Source: Octopus bimaculoides
Taxonomy: Eukaryota
DNA: 64,000 bases
Reading direction: 5' to 3'
Assembly (NCBI RefSeq): GCF_001194135.2
Contig: NC_068991.1
Span: forward strand, 51,286,522-51,350,521
Shown: piece by piece, positions 39,001 to 52,190 of the stretch
Layout of the letters: every line of letters begins with the position of its first letter
Position numbering within the stretch: the first letter of the stretch is position 1
Program-made: the position numbers and the translations under genes
The notes under the pieces: generated by a model
The model's input: the letters and a program-made list of their open reading frames with translations, nothing else
What the model was told of the DNA's origin: nothing
The model's database searches: none

Positions 39001-40973
39001 TGTACAGCATTCTGGGATTATCTCTTCTGTCCAAACTTGTAGTAGCTTTTCTTTTTAATTTTGAAATTGATGAGGCATTATAAGCTACTATATTCTTTCT
39101 CATATGATTCTATACATTTTCTATAGGATCCAGGTTGGAGATGATCCTGACCATTTATTGGATTAGATTTAAGCCAGCTCCTTTATACATTTTGCGGAAT
39201 GGAAGGGTGCACTTTCCTGTAGGGATATAGTGAGATTATAGATCATTATATGATTAGGTAAATTCTTGTTGAGTGTATGGTTGTATTTTTAGTTATAATT
39301 CAAATTGTTGCTCTTTCCCTGACAGAAATATTCTATTTATCACATAGGGTGGTCATTAATTAACTCCTGCAAATTTATATTTTGGATTGCATTTTGAGTT
39401 TAATCCTTTTAATAACAGCCTGTCCAAGGCTGCCCTGGCTGTATGATATAAACTCCTTGTTTTAAAGTTATCCAAATTAAAACCTTCCATCAGAATTCCT
39501 TGGTAATTTATGTTCCAGATCACGATTTAATAATGACAAGGTTATTTTTCTAAATACTGCATTCTTTTCGAAATTAACTGAAACAAGGTAGTGTGTTGCA
39601 AGAGAAATTTGGTAATGAAAGGGTTAATGAATGACAGATGAAAGAAATCATAGATACTAATTGCTTAATAAATCATTTGTCACAAAACAGACTTTAAGCT
39701 AACTCTAATTAGATCCCAGCATAATTGCAGATGATCCAGATGTTTTTTTTTTTTTTTTTCAATGTAAACTTTGCTGGATGCCTTGCAACTAAATTGAAGT
39801 CATTCTGCAATCAATATCTCATTGTCTTGGTGCTGCATTTTACTGTTGCTGGCATTTGTGCTTGTATGGAACTGCTAGTTGTAAATAAGGATGCTGGCAT
39901 GTGACCAGTTTTGAAGAGTTGTGCCACAAAGTTTGATTAATCTTCCAAGTGATTTATCTCTGCTTTTCTTGACTGTCCCTACAGTATTAGCTGAGATGAC
40001 ATCTTCAGGAAGAGCTGAGTAAATTCGATATGAAATGGAAGTTGAAATTCAAAAATTATATTTCATCATAATCATGTGATCACATAATTCAGGGGTTTTC
40101 AAACTTTTTGATTTGCGGACCCCTTTATATTTCAGGCTTTACCTTAGGGACCCCCTTATAAACACTTATGAAATTTATACATAAATATTTGCTTAAAATA
40201 ACATATTTTTACATTTATTTATTTAACAGTATTTAGCAAATAGGTTTATTGTCAGTTATACACACAGGATTTTTTAATACATACTTAGTGAGAAGGATGT
40301 GCTTGCTTGGCTCTGCATGGACCCCCTGTCTTGGCTTTCCACGGACCCCTGTCTTGTCCTTGCGGACCCCCTGTGGTCCGTGGACCACAGTTTGAAAAAC
40401 CCTGACATAATTGATCAGACTATTGGGTGTTTCTATATGTCACTGGTCACAATGCACTTTGCATTGTTTTAGCTTCTGAATGATGCTGTCTCACTGGCTA
40501 GATGAGCAGGTGAACATCTCCCCTAATTGGAAGGCCAGCCCATCATGGGGTTATCCATTTACAGCTGAGTTAACTGGAGCAATATAAATTCACAGCCTGC
40601 CTGGGAACTGAAACCGCAATCTTATGATCTTGAGTGCAACACATTTAATCACTAGGCCACATGCCTTTACATTCCATCATAATACATCATCATCATTGTC
40701 AGCATTAACTCGCATCTGAGTAGCAGATCTGTAGCCAATGAGTGAGCCTCTTCATCTTGATCAGTGCAAAATTTACTGGTGACTGACATATAACCGAAAT
40801 TAATTAACTTCGTTACTTGAAAATATCTAATTGATAATTAGTTATAAGAAAAATAATAAATTTCATCTTTTGTTTTTCAATCTTTTGTCCAGGAGTATAT
40901 TTAGGTTATTTGTGGAATCTTATGGAAAGTTTCCTCTAATACATATGCATACATATGTGTATGTGTATGTGTG

Positions 40974-41004
<31 letters not shown>

Positions 41005-41707
41005 GAGATTTTCTTCTTTCAATTTTGTTTCCATCTTCTTGATATTTAGGGCAAAGAAACTCACTTTATTCAATGATAGACCATTGAAATAATCACACCA
41101 GATTAGAGTTGTTGCTGTTCTTGTTATTATTATTATTATTATTATTATTGAGGTGGTGAGGTGGCAGAATGATTAGTGTGCCAGACAAAATGTTTAGCAG
41201 CATTTCATATGTCTTTATGTTCTGGGTTCAAATTCCACCAAGGTCAACTTTCAGGGTCAAAAAAATAATACCAGTTGAACACTGGGTTGATGTAATCAAC
41301 TTACCCCCTCCACATTACGTGTCCATACCAGCATGGCATCTATCACTCTTGTTACTTTACATTTGATTTCTCTTTTGCCTAGTTCTTCTCTCATCTCATC
41401 TATGCTTCATCGTTCATACACATTAAAATTATACATCCAGGAGAACATGCTCTCTACAATCCTCTCTAACCTTCAACATCCTCTGCATTCAGTGTCCTCA
41501 TCTCACAACTATGCAGCATCCCAGTTTGTTCACATGCATCATAAAATTTACCCTTTGCTCAGAGAGAGAGAACTCCCCACCCCGTCTACAGAGGTAATAG
41601 CTCTTTGAAGTTTACCTACTCTAATGTAACTCTAGCAGCTGTGCTTTCGGTATACTCTCCCTCACTGCTGTGAGGAGTCACAACTGTCAGAGGCAAAGTC
41701 TAGATAA

Positions 41708-41766
<59 letters not shown>

Positions 41767-43234
41767 TAGAGAGAGATGGAGGAGGGGAGAAAAGTAGGGG
41801 AGAGAGAGAGAAGCAGAAAGAACAATTTAAAGTTAAACTAGAGTAGAACAGCAAATTTTTCTTCTCTTAAAGGGATTTTATCCTTTATATATGCTGTTCA
41901 GTATTTATGTGTTGAAAAAATTTATCTTTCTACTTGTTCTACAATACATTTCAACACTTCAAAAACAAACTTGTGTTAGTATACATATGACTTAAACTAG
42001 AGTATTTTTAAAAGCTTTTGGTGTTAAAATTTGAACAGTTATAAATATATGTTACTATCTTCTTCACATACAGAAGTCCCCCTTCAAACATTAGCATATG
42101 AAGTAAACTTATAGCAGTCACTATTTGTATAAAATACAAATCAGAACTTAATCATACTTACTAAGCCCACTTGCATACCGTACATTTGTAAGTCACATGA
42201 TAAAACAATATATATATTTATGTACAATACATCGAGGATTAGAGAACCTAGAATATGTTTAAAATGGTTCAACAAGAGTTTTGCCAACCTTTGCTTTGGA
42301 ATTTTAAACAGATCTGAATACATCTTGTTATTCTCTTCATGCACAAGCCAAATAACAATGCAATAGTATTAAAATATTCCTTCAGGGGCATCTTTGTAAC
42401 TTTTATTTTGAAGCCTGTCTGTTATAGTGGCCAGCAGAGGGTTTGTCATACAGCAAAACTGTGGGCAGTCTTTGAATGTCCATCATAGAAACTTGCCCTG
42501 TCTAAAACAGTTCCAACTTTAATGACATGGCCTTGACACTGTTGACTTTCGCCTGTTTAAAGACTTCAAAGTTGGTAACAAGCTTACCCTAGCGGTTCTT
42601 GTTGATGGTGGAAATACCCAAGGAGTCATATATGATGATAGAAGGTGACAAATGGCTCAAGAACCAGTCAGTTCTACAGCTTTGTGTCTTTTTTTTTTCC
42701 AGATCTTTATAGACTTCCTGAGATGTTTCAGTTCCAGATTTTTTTGGACCAAATGTTTGCCAAATGGTCTGGTTTCTTCTACTAGTCTGTTGTTAACCCC
42801 ACAGTTTATTTTAGTCTCTGATGTGATGGTGCACCGTGCACCAGGTAGCTGAATTAGTGGACTGACTTCATCTTGTCTCACCTGTGGTGATGCAGGAAAG
42901 GTGGTAATCTTTCAGAGATGGAATCCTGGTGGAAAATTTCTTTCCTCTTCAAGCTGATATCCATCCTGAAGAGATCATCCAATACACACCTCAGTCAGCA
43001 AAATTTTATTGGTTACATATGCAATTCAATATTTTTTATTTTGTCTTGTGATGCTGAAAGGAACATTAATGTCTCCAGTTCTTGAAGTGGTGACATAAAA
43101 TTGAACTTGTAAAAAGACAGAATCCACTTGGGTCAGTTCAACAATTTATCAATGAATTTGATCTTGAAATTTATTGATGACATGGCACTTCTTTACACAG
43201 CTGTCTTCTCTCTCTCTTTCTCTCTCTCTCTCCC

Positions 43235-43291
<57 letters not shown>

Positions 43292-44370
43292 ATATCATCA
43301 TCATCGTTTACCGTCCACTTTCCATGCTAGCATGGGTTGGACGATTTGACTGAGAACTGGTGGACCAGGAGGCGACACCAGGCTCCAATCTGATATATAT
43401 ATATATANNNNNNNNNNNNNNNNNNNNNNNNNNNNNNNNNNNNNNNNNNNNNNNNNNNNNNNNNNNNNNNNNNNNNNNNNNNNNNNNNNNNNNNNNNNNN
43501 NNNNNNNNNNNNNNNNNNNNNNNNNNNNNNNNNNNNNNNNNNNNNNNNNNNNNNNNNNNNNNNNNNNNNNNNNNNNNNNNNNNNNNNNNNNNNNNNNNNN
43601 NNNNNNNNNNNNNNNNNNNNNNNNNNNNNNNNNNNNNNNNNNNNNNNNNNNNNNNNNNNNNNNNNNNNNNNNNNNNNNNNNNNNNNNNNNNNNNNNNNNN
43701 NNNNNNNNNNNNNNNNNNNNNNNNNNNNNNNNNNNNNNNNNNNNNNNNNNNNNNNNNNNNNNNNNNNNNNNNNNNNNNNNNNNNNNNNNNNNNNNNNNNN
43801 NNNNNNNNNNNNNNNNNNNNNNNNNNNNNNNNNNNTATATATATATATATATGCATGTATACATTGTGTGAATGTATGTATGGATATGTATGCAACGGGA
43901 AGGGCATCCAGTCATACAAAAATCTGCCTCAACGAACTCTGTCCAACCCATGTAGGCATGAAAAAGTGGACATATGGCTACTACACTTAGATCTCCAGCA
44001 CTGGTTCATACCTATAAACATATATAAAACCACAATTAGTAGTAGATTTGTCTCCCACTTCAATCATGTCCATCAACCTTCTAGTGTCTTCCTTACTACT
44101 GCATTAATCCAGAGAAAAAACTTTCAATTAAAAACACCAAACATTAATGAATTTATTCAAGTTCTAGAGAGCAGTGAAAGGGAGATAATTTGAAAAAACC
44201 ATTTTTTTTCATAAGAATATGGAAATTTTAAAAACTGAAATCAGATTTCGGCTTTATATCTGGAAATAATTATTAATCCAACTTCTCAGTAAGATAGTAA
44301 ATAACAATATACTTACTTTTGTAAATGTTCAATTTGTTGCTTTGCTTTTGTAAAATGTATGGACTAATGG

Positions 44371-44401
<31 letters not shown>

Positions 44402-44979
44402 CAAAACCTGTACAAATTCCATGGATTCCCTTCGTAGAAAGAGACATCGTGAAAGTGAGGGAGGGTTGACTCCCACTCTTACTTAGTTTCTTACTTCATA
44501 GAAACCTCTTACTTTCACTCTGTCTGTCCCTTTGTATCTTTCTACATTCAACAATGTCAGTGCTAAGATGTATGCACACATACATACAAATACACAAACA
44601 TATACACACACATACACATACACAAGTTTACTAATTCCATTATGTTATACATACATGTATATATATAATTAGATATTAGATAATAAAACCATTTGTTGAG
44701 TATCCCACCCATGATGGGTCGAAACAATTGTAGTGATTAATAAAAACTCTCATATCTTCTATCTTTCGTCTCACATTAACCAAACACACACACACACACC
44801 ATTAACCACGAAACATTTTTCTTTTACTCTCTCTCCAGTTTTTTCCTCCAATCCTTTTCTGTCAAAGAGCATAGGCTCAAAACATCAAAGACTTTTCCAT
44901 TTTTCCCAAGCATCAAACTATTACACTTGTTTGTTGTTCTGTCACCTGTCTCTGTCTTTTGTTTTTTCTACATTCAAAC

Positions 44980-45015
<36 letters not shown>

Positions 45016-45621
45016 ATTTATATAAATTATAAATTAAATTATATATATTTATGGAAAAATTGATGGGTTTTTTTCCTTATGAGGTTTTTTCACGCTGTCT
45101 ACTTGATAAATTCTTATAAAGATTTTATCCTTACATTATATATATAGATAATATATAATTTGATTTTTGCTTATTTACTAATACATATTTTTGTTTAATT
45201 TTGTTTATTTGTCTCTTATTTTTCAGAGTGTACAAAGTTTAAGTCCTTTAGTTTGTAAAATACATTTTATGGATGGTAAAACTAAAGCAGTTCATGCAAT
45301 GCCCTGTGATACAACTGCCGAAATTCTGGATAAGGTCGCCCACAAAATTGGTCTTCAATCTGTTGAGGGCTGGGCTCTTTATGAGGTGAGTTGATTGAAG
45401 AGAATTATTTTGGATTTCATTTCCTGGATCTATATTCTTATTTCCTTTGTACTGGTTTCAATAGAAAAATGGTAGGGCACTGCCACCAGTAGTTTTAGAT
45501 AATTCTTTATTTCAGTTATGAACTTATTTTCTTGAATCATAAATAACTAATCACTAAGTTATTCTTTTTAACTCAACAATGGATTTACACCTCTAAACAT
45601 GACACCAGTTCTAACAGAATG

Positions 45622-45660
<39 letters not shown>

Positions 45661-46385
45661 TGCACATACAGGTTTCTGTCAAATGTATTAGAGAGGAATG
45701 CTCAGTAAATGCTCAGTGGAATGAAACTCAATTTGCAAAACAGACTTTCAATCGTCAGTTTCAATAAAACAAACATGTGTGTGAGTGTATGATTATTATT
45801 ATTATTATTATTATTATAATTATTATTATTGAGTGAGAAAGCAGTGCATGCCATCAAAGTGACACTGGGGTAAAATATACGAAGCCCATTATACCCATCA
45901 TGACTACCTGTCTGATAAGGGTACACCAGGCACATGCATCACAACCATATGTGCGCAACATGGTGATCTCATATCAAGATAAACAGTGCATGACCTTGGA
46001 GGTGGGGGCCCAGTTAGAATTTTCTTCAGGTTGAGTAGCCCATCCTCCTCAAAAGGTCCCTGAATAAGGTTTGTTTAAGGATGTTGAGCAAAACACCCAT
46101 GTTTCCAAAAGTGAATTATTCAAACCCCAAAGAATTCCTCTCAATACATGGCTATGATGCTCCCCCACTACTTCTGCTCATGATCAGAGATGCACATATC
46201 ATCAGCCACCAAGGGACATGCTCAACTGGTTATGGTCAAACAACTGACAAGCAAATCCGTGGTGTTGAACAGAATATTTGCTGTAGCCCATCTTTTATAC
46301 CAAAACAAAACAATGTACATGATAACACTTCCAATCAATTAAGATCAGGAGCCATGAGAGCCACTGCCTGGTACTGCATCAGGGC

Positions 46386-46419
<34 letters not shown>

Positions 46420-49400
46420 TAAAACAGTTTGATCTGGCCCCATGCAACTTAAACTTTTGTTGGCTCCTCACAGGAACCTACAAAACTTTAAGATGCATGA
46501 AGCTGAATCAAACTGTTTCAATTGATACTATATGAACCTTCTACAAAATGTGTGGAGTACCTCTTTGTTTTGTTTACCCACTCATATATATTCATTTATT
46601 TATATACGAGTTAAATTTTGGCTCTCATTTCTAGCAATTGTAGGTGCTATTTTGCACCCACATTTATCAATTTTACCTTTTGGGTTTTCATTTGCTATAG
46701 ACACATATATTATAATGTATTTAATATATCAATATATTATTATATCTTATTGTATGTTACTATATATATANNNNNNNNNNCATTATTACAACTATATATA
46801 TATAGTTGTAATAATGAAGTCAAACTAAATAGTGATATGTTCCAGGTTTGTATAATATATAATAGGAAATGAATCCATTATGTAAACCTTCCTCAGTTAA
46901 AGCATTTTAAAAATGTGAAGAAATTGATGGAAATGTTTCAATCACACACACCCATGTGTGTGATTTATCATCTAAGGGGGTAACAACATATCAAATTCTG
47001 ATGACTGATCATATTCTAATGTGTTTATGAATAACTTTGCTTATCTGTTGACACAACACTGCTTTTGTACATCAATTGTTTGGACAAGTAGGTATTTGAA
47101 AATCACTTAGCTTCAAGGTGCTTATATATAATTGGCACTCTGTTGGTTCTAACAATGAGGGTTCCAGTTGATCTGATCAACAGAACAGCCTGCTCATGAA
47201 ATTAATGTGCAAGTGGCTGAGCACTCCACAGACATGCATATCACAGAATGTGACATGGCTGGCTCTTTGAAGTACAGGTACTACTCACTTTGCCAGTAGT
47301 ACCTATATATATATGATTAAATTATTTAATTGTTCAATTTATTGTTTGGGTTTCCATTTCTAATTTATATATATGACTATGTGTGTACATGTATGTATGT
47401 ATGTATCCTAATATAGGAATGTAGTGTTTATTACAATAGATATGCTTTTATTCTTTTACTCGTTTCAGTTATTTGGCTGTGGCTGGAGTACCACCTTACA
47501 AATAGTTCAGATCCTTTCCTGCCCTTGTCATATCTATCGTATTCTACTCTCACAATACATTCACAGCATTTAAAATTGAGCTTATCTCCATACAAGCAAT
47601 TTCTATGTTTTTAATATTTTTTCATCTATATTTACACTTCTTTTACCTTTGATTTTGTAATATCCCAACACATGACTAGATACTCCTTAAGACATGGTGC
47701 TCCCTAACACAGGGTACTCCTTGACACATGGCACCCTGGTCAATGACCCAAGTTTCCATTACATTCTGAAAGTACAGAAGTTGTCACTGGTTGAATGCTT
47801 TTCCTGTTACCAGCACTCTCTTGTTTCCGACTAATGTATTATTAAACAATGCAAGGTAATGAGCTGGTAGAATCATTAGCAGGCTGGGGAAAATGCTGTG
47901 GCATTTTCTCTGTCTTTATGTTCTGAGTTCAAATACCACCAAGGCAAACTTTGCCTTTCATCCTTTTGGGGTCAATAAAATGAGTATTAGGTTATGCATT
48001 GGCAGGGAGGGCAGTTGATGTAATCAATTTACCTTCCCCTTTGAAATTGCTGCCAAAATTTGAAACCATTATTAAGCAATGTACAAAAAATATCAAGACA
48101 ATAGCCAAGACATTAACACACATATATACACTTACACATACATATATACCTGTGTGTATGTATCCATTTGATTTATGTCTGTTTTTCCATGCTAGCATGG
48201 ATCAGGTGATTATTTCATTGAGACATTGTTTGATGCCTTTCCTATTGCTAACCCTTACCTGTTTTTTTCATGTATGGAATCTCTTATTTCACACCTCTTC
48301 AAAGACATGAAGCAAGTGACCAATTACTTGATAGAAGTTATACCAACAACACTATCCATATGCAACATTTGTACAGCACAAATGTAAACAAACAAAAAAA
48401 AAACACATGCCTATAACAAGTGCCTTTCAGTTTCCATCTACCAAATCCTCTCACAAGCTTTGGCTGACCTAGGGCTGTAGAAGAAGACATTTGCTCAAGG
48501 TGCCACACAGTGGGACTGAATCTGAAACCACATGATTGCCAAGCAAAGCATCTTTATTAGCACAACCATGTTTATACATATTCTTTTATTCTTTTATTTG
48601 TTTCAGTCATTTGACTGCGGCCATGCTGGAGCACTGCCTTTAGTCGAGCAAATCGACCCCAGGACTTATTCTTTGTAAGCCTCTTTTGCAGAACCGCTAA
48701 GTGACGGGGACATAAACACACCAGCATCGGTTGTCAAGCAACGCTAGGGAGACAAACACAGACACACAAACACACACACATACATACATATATATACATA
48801 TATACGAAGGGCTTCTTTCAGTTTCCGTCTACCAAATCCACTCACAAGGCTTTAGTCGGCCCAAGGCTATAGTAGAAGACACTTGCCCAAGGTGCCACGC
48901 AGTGGGACTGAACCCGGAACCATGTGGTTGGTAAGCAAGCTACTTACCACACAGCCACTCCTGCACCTATTTGAACAATGATAGGTTTCCTTCAATGTAA
49001 TTGACTTATCCCCTCCCCTGAAATTGCTGGCCTTGTAGCAAAATCTGAAATTAGTTTTATGACCCAAAGTTCACGAATCACATGAAAAATTCTGTTTTGT
49101 GAAATTGATAATATTTTACCAACATATCTCTTTTCATGTAGGATCATGTAATTAATATTTTCTGGTTGTTTGTATATTATTCTGAGTACTTTTATATGCA
49201 TGTGAGTGTGGGTGTATAAAAGTTGTTTTTTTTGTAAGTATGTATATATAAATATGTATATGTGTGTGCGTGTTTTTGTGTATGCATACATGTGTGTGTG
49301 TGTATATTTGCGCGTATGTGTGTATGCATACATGTGTGTGTGTATGTATGCATGTATGCATGTACGCAAGAGTGACAGTTATTTTTTATCCTGGTGATAA

Positions 49401-50160
49401 TGACATATCCAGATATATAGATTTGGTATTTTCATGGTTTTTGTTTTCTTTTATTTCATTTAGCTTTTTTTTTTTGTAACTCTGTTGTGTGTGTGTGTGG
49501 AGAGAGGGAGAAGGGAGGAGGAAGATGAAGATTAAATAGAGAACAGAAACAAACAAATCAAGGAGATCATAAGAAAATCTCCACATAGCATGGTCTTCTT
49601 TGATAACAATGTGTGAATTGTTTTACAAGTGTTCTTTGCTGTTTAATGATATTGTTATTCATGTCTTCTTTTTTCCTCTTCTTTCTGTTTCATTTCTCAT
49701 TCACCTCTCCACGCATGCACCCACAANNNNNNNNNNNNNNNNNNNNNNNNNNNNNNNNNNNNNNNNNNNNNNNNNNNNNNNNNNNNNNNNNNNNNNNNNN
49801 NNNNNNNNNNNNNNNNNNNNNNNNNNNNNNNNNNNNNNNNNNNNNNNNNNNNNNNNNNNNNNNNNNNNNNNNNNNNNNNNNNNNNNNNNNNNNNNNNNNN
49901 NNNNNNNNNNNNNNNNNNNNNNNNNNNNNNNNNNNNNNNNNNNNNNNNNNNNNNNNNNNNNNNNNNNNNNNNNNNNNNNNNNNNNNNNNNNNNNNNNNNN
50001 NNNNNNNNNNNNNNNNNNNNNNNNNNNNNNNNNNNNNNNNNNNNNNNNNNNNNNNNNNNNNNNNNNNNNNNNNNNNNNNNNNNNNNNNNNNNNNNNNNNN
50101 NNNNNNNNNNNNNNNNNNNNNNNNNNNNNNNNNNNNNNNNNNNNNNNNNNNNNNNNNNNN

Positions 50161-50197
<37 letters not shown>

Positions 50198-50460
50198 TTA
50201 TATATATATTTGTATATGTATACATACATAGATGTGTGTATGTGTATATATATATATATATATGTATTCATATATAGATGTAAGTGTATATATATATATA
50301 TGTATGTATGTATACATATATGTAGATTGTATATGTGCATATATATGTATATATGTGTCTGTGTGTATATATGTGTATACATGCATACATATATATATAT
50401 ATATATATACACGCACACACACACATATGAGAGAGAAAGAGAAAGACAGACAGAGAGAGG

Positions 50461-50494
<34 letters not shown>

Positions 50495-51256
50495 AAGAGA
50501 GAGAGAGAGAGAGAGGAGGCAACATTCACTTGATGTTAAATCATAAGAAAAACGTTTCATGATGACTTGCATTCAATTATTATGTATCTTATTGCCTAAG
50601 AAAAGTTTTGCCCCATTTATTCACATTTTCTGTCGGCATTCAAATATGTTTTCCTCCAAATCTAATCTTTGGCACGTTATCTGTCATTCTAGTTGGGGGT
50701 AAATTTGATGCAATGTAGTTCAAACAATTTCAATTGGAGAAAGACCAAGCTCTCCATTAAAAACAGCCAACCTGAGAAACTGAATATTGATTTTTTTATG
50801 GGGAGTTTTTTTGCGGTTTTTTTTTTTTGCTTCAAATGTTTAAATAATCTTTTGTTTTTCTATGTATTTAGCAAAAGTGGTGGTAGGAAAGTGTATACTT
50901 CTGTGTATGTGTGTGTGTGTTTGTATGCATACACGTGTGTGTGTACATGCATGCACATACACGTGCACATGTACAAGAATGGTTGAGAGTATTATGCAGG
51001 AAACAGCAGCAATATGTATTAGTTTTTTTAATTTTTTCATATATGCGTGTGTGTGTGTGTGTGCATGCATGCATGTGTGCCTGTGTGTCTATGTATGTAT
51101 AAGTGTATGTATGTATGGTAGCTGCAGCTAAATAAATTATTGTAGTTTATAGTATGTATTGAGTAAATGTTTTTTCATTTGTGAAACAGTAAACATATAT
51201 GTTCCTATATATCAACATGTGTATGTGGTGAATCTGTGTATGTGCATATGCATAAA

Positions 51257-51302
<46 letters not shown>

Positions 51303-52123
51303 AAAGTGAGAGAGACAGTTGTATGTGTGCGTAATATATGCTTTATAAGAGGTTTATAAAGTGTCCTGTGAAGAGTCTTGGAACTTTATAGAAATCTGTT
51401 GTGGCTATGAAAGAGAGAAATGGAAGTTTGATGTATTGATAGAGAGGAGATCAGATAAGGAGGTCAGTTATGTTTATGGAATATACATAACTTGTATAAA
51501 CACATGTTAACAATTGCTTCAGGCTCTTTCTTTGATAAATTTTAATAATGAAACAGAGTAGAACATGCATTTGAAATTAATGTCAACTTAACTGTGTTTG
51601 TTTAGAAACAAATATTGGTTGAATCACTTTACACAAACTTTGAGTAAGATGACTAGCTTTGATATCTTTCCAACAGAAATTACCTTCAGTATTTAGCTCT
51701 CTGTCTATTACACCCAGTATTTATATAATCTGTGTCGGTGCTGTATGGCTATAAAGATGGCATTGCAATCATAAGGTCCCAGTTTCTATCTCACTGCATG
51801 ATATCTTGAATAAATGTCATTTTCTATAACTGCAACTAAACTCATGCTTTGTGAAAGAAATTTGATTGATGGAAACTATATACAAACCGGTTGGGTGGAT
51901 TGTCTAAAACTGACATATCATTAAGGAAAAAGATTGTCTGATTGTCTAGAGACAAGTGCGTTGCTGTTGAAATATGTTTCTGTCTCTATAGGCATCATCA
52001 GCACAGCACTTGTCCTAAATGAAAATGAGTTTGGAGAAATAACTCAGTAGCCAGATATATGTAGATACATACATTTAACTTATACACATGTATGTATGAA
52101 TGAATGGATGAATACATACATGT

Positions 52124-52190
<67 letters not shown>

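Noticed and set aside
43301-44193. ORFs of 170-300 aa containing X runs (also 30079-30459, 49600-50533)
   Set aside because: Artefacts of reading through N gaps.
45831-46387. Hammerhead or HDV-like ribozyme in family F (CTGATGC, CTGAAGA motifs)
   Set aside because: No downstream GAAA or closing stems for a hammerhead, and no P1 complement for an HDV fold by eye. A covariance-model search (Infernal/Rfam) would be decisive.
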